Source of the DNA: Narcine bancroftii
Lineage: Eukaryota
DNA length: 64,000 nt
Direction: 5' to 3'
Assembly: GCF_036971445.1 (NCBI RefSeq)
Contig: NC_091476.1
Location: 139,314,001 to 139,378,000, forward strand
Below are positions 62,111 through 64,000 of this stretch, one piece after another. Positions within the stretch are counted from its first letter, which is position 1. Each line of letters opens with the position of its first letter. The notes below the pieces were generated by a model. It had not been told where the DNA came from. It ran no database searches and saw only the letters and a program-made list of their open reading frames with translations. The translations under genes and the position numbers were made by a program.

Positions 62111-62880
62111 TGCACATATATGTATATAAATGTATATAAAACAAAATTATTTTAATATTCTAACCCTTCCCTTGTGAAGTTATGATTAAACTTATATGTT
62201 CCACTAATGCATGAAAGAAAGGACAGCCAAACTGTAAAATGGGATCCAATATAAGTTCTGAAAAAAATTAAGGAAAGAGCCCCACAAATTTTAAGGTTCA
62301 TTACATTAATTGAGCATTTTTTTTCCAGAGTCAAGCATGGCATCATATCAGATAATCATTGAGTCTGTGTAGGAGGAATAGCATCCTTCCATCTCATAAA
62401 TGTAGCACTTCTGACAATAAGAAGAGCAAAGGCAACTACATGGGATTGTAGCCATACAAATTTAAGTCAGTTGACTTACTTATTCCTAATAGGGCAAGAA
62501 AAGGATTAGGAGCCAAATTAATATAAACCAATAAAGACAAGGTACATAACATACTTTCCCCAATAACTGGAAAGCAGAGAACATGACCAAAACAGTCTTA
62601 CAGCTATCACATTTTGACGAGAAATTAGAATAAAATTTAGCCAATTGAATTTTGGAAAAGTAAGCTTAATGTACTATTTTAAATTACAATAATGAATGTC
62701 GGGTGCATAGACAAAATGAATTAACCAATTTCAAGATTCAATTCCATGTAGCGTCAGAAAATTATTGTTGAAAATCTTATTCCCATAATTTCTTCGTCTT
62801 GTCCAGGGAATTACCACTAGACATCAATAATAACTCATGGAGAACTGATGACAACTCTCTTGGTTTAAGATTATAAATCT

Positions 62881-64000
62881 GGAGGGGAGTCACGTGATGG
62901 AGTAATGGCTGGTAGGGTAAAACCAGCCCTCTCCAGAAAAGAAAAAGTTAAGAAAAGACAAAGTTCAATAAATATAAAATATAAGAAATAAAAGATAAAG
63001 TTGCAGAGAAGAGAAAGAAGATGGCACCTAAGAAGGAAAAAGTAAAAACAATGGGGGAAAAAAAAGAAAAGAGAAGGCCTTAACTGCATGAAGGAACAGG
63101 GAGCCGTGGTGGAGAAGAGCACCCAATCTCAGAGGTTGGTGTCGGCCCTGCGGAGTCACGACCCCACCCCCCCCGACTGCAAAAATGGCTCTCTGAGCCA
63201 AACAAAAGTGCGCATCTGCGCATGCACAAGGAGTTGCGCATGAACAGTGGACAATCTAAGGTAAAGGAAAAGACCTATAGGAGGGGGGTTCAGCCGAGGA
63301 GCGGGCAAGCACGGCGCGATCAGATGAGGGACGCCCAACATCAGGGCTCTCAGCTGGAAGATGAGGAAAGCGGCAGGAAAGGGAGGAAAGTACCAGGTGA
63401 GAAAGAAAGTCGACGGGGTGAACGGCAAGAGGAGCAGCAGCACGAGTTTCGACAGATGAGCAGCTCAGGCAAAGACCAACAGCAAGAGGCCAAGCAAGAA
63501 GAGACCCAACAAAGTGATACAAGCAACTCATCAGAAAAATCAGAAGAGGCACAGATACAAAGAAGAAGAAGACACAAATACAGGTACAGACACAGAGGAA
63601 GAAGAAGACCAAGATCTTCACAGAGAGATAGAAGGTAAAACAGATGGACAGAATATAGATAAAGCTTTTTTTGAAGAACAAATGAGAGCATTAAAAGAAT
63701 GGTTTTCATTAGAATTTAGTGCAATTGAAAGAAAAATGAAAAGAACAGAAGATAAAATGCAAAGATTAAAACTAGTTATGACAGAAATAGGGAAAAGAGT
63801 AGAAAATGTGGAAGAACGAGAAACGACTATAGAAATGGAAGTAAACGACTTAAGAGGAAAATTGGAAGAAAGTGATAAAAAAATTAAAGAGACACAAGAG
63901 TTGTTAGCTCAGAAAATTGATTTGTTGGAAAATTATAGTAGGCTAAACAACATAAAAATAGTGGGCCTAAAGGAAGATGAAGAAGGCACAGATATGAAGG
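62881..64000 (+). mobile_element. L1-clade LINE 5' UTR and ORF1 (frameshifted), running off the window
   Basis: 5' end GGAGGGGAGTCACGTGATG resembles the 5' end of the L1 near 32150. An ATG near 63021 (MAPKKEK) is followed by a coiled-coil region and LENYSRLNNIKIVGLKEDEEG at the window end. It is preceded by TT|AAGA, resembling an L1 endonuclease site. Confidence 0.88.

Noticed and set aside
63156-63709. Hydrophobic minus-strand ORFs opposite L1 ORF1
   Set aside because: They are antisense shadows of purine-rich L1 coding sequence.

Overview
This is eukaryotic, repeat-rich genomic DNA. The repeat families and gene sequences suggest a cartilaginous fish, probably a ray or skate (inference). 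Two host genes lie head-to-head around a CpG-rich promoter at about 43.4-44.4 kb. CEP164 is on the minus strand, with a putative non-coding exon ending at 43541 and coding exons at 26487-26568 and 2749-2860. BACE1 is on the plus strand, with coding exon 1 at 44617-44871 and intron 1 running off the window. The rest is intron, filled with nested and mostly decayed transposons: two Gypsy LTR elements, solo LTRs, L1, CR1 and Rex/Babar LINEs, Penelope-like fragments, a Tigger/pogo transposon and several MITEs. The most unusual signals are: (1) a Mag-like Gypsy with no tRNA primer site but a 10-nt self-complementary one, a candidate for self-priming; (2) a homogeneous 29-bp CpG-dense array of 34 units inside a MITE; (3) a composite hAT element with two left ends and a perfect 8-bp TSD; (4) a young 5'-inverted L1; (5) two L1s lacking the RT core; (6) two strong intronic hairpins. 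I found no convincing novel protein-coding system. All calls come from reading the sequence by eye; no database searches were run.
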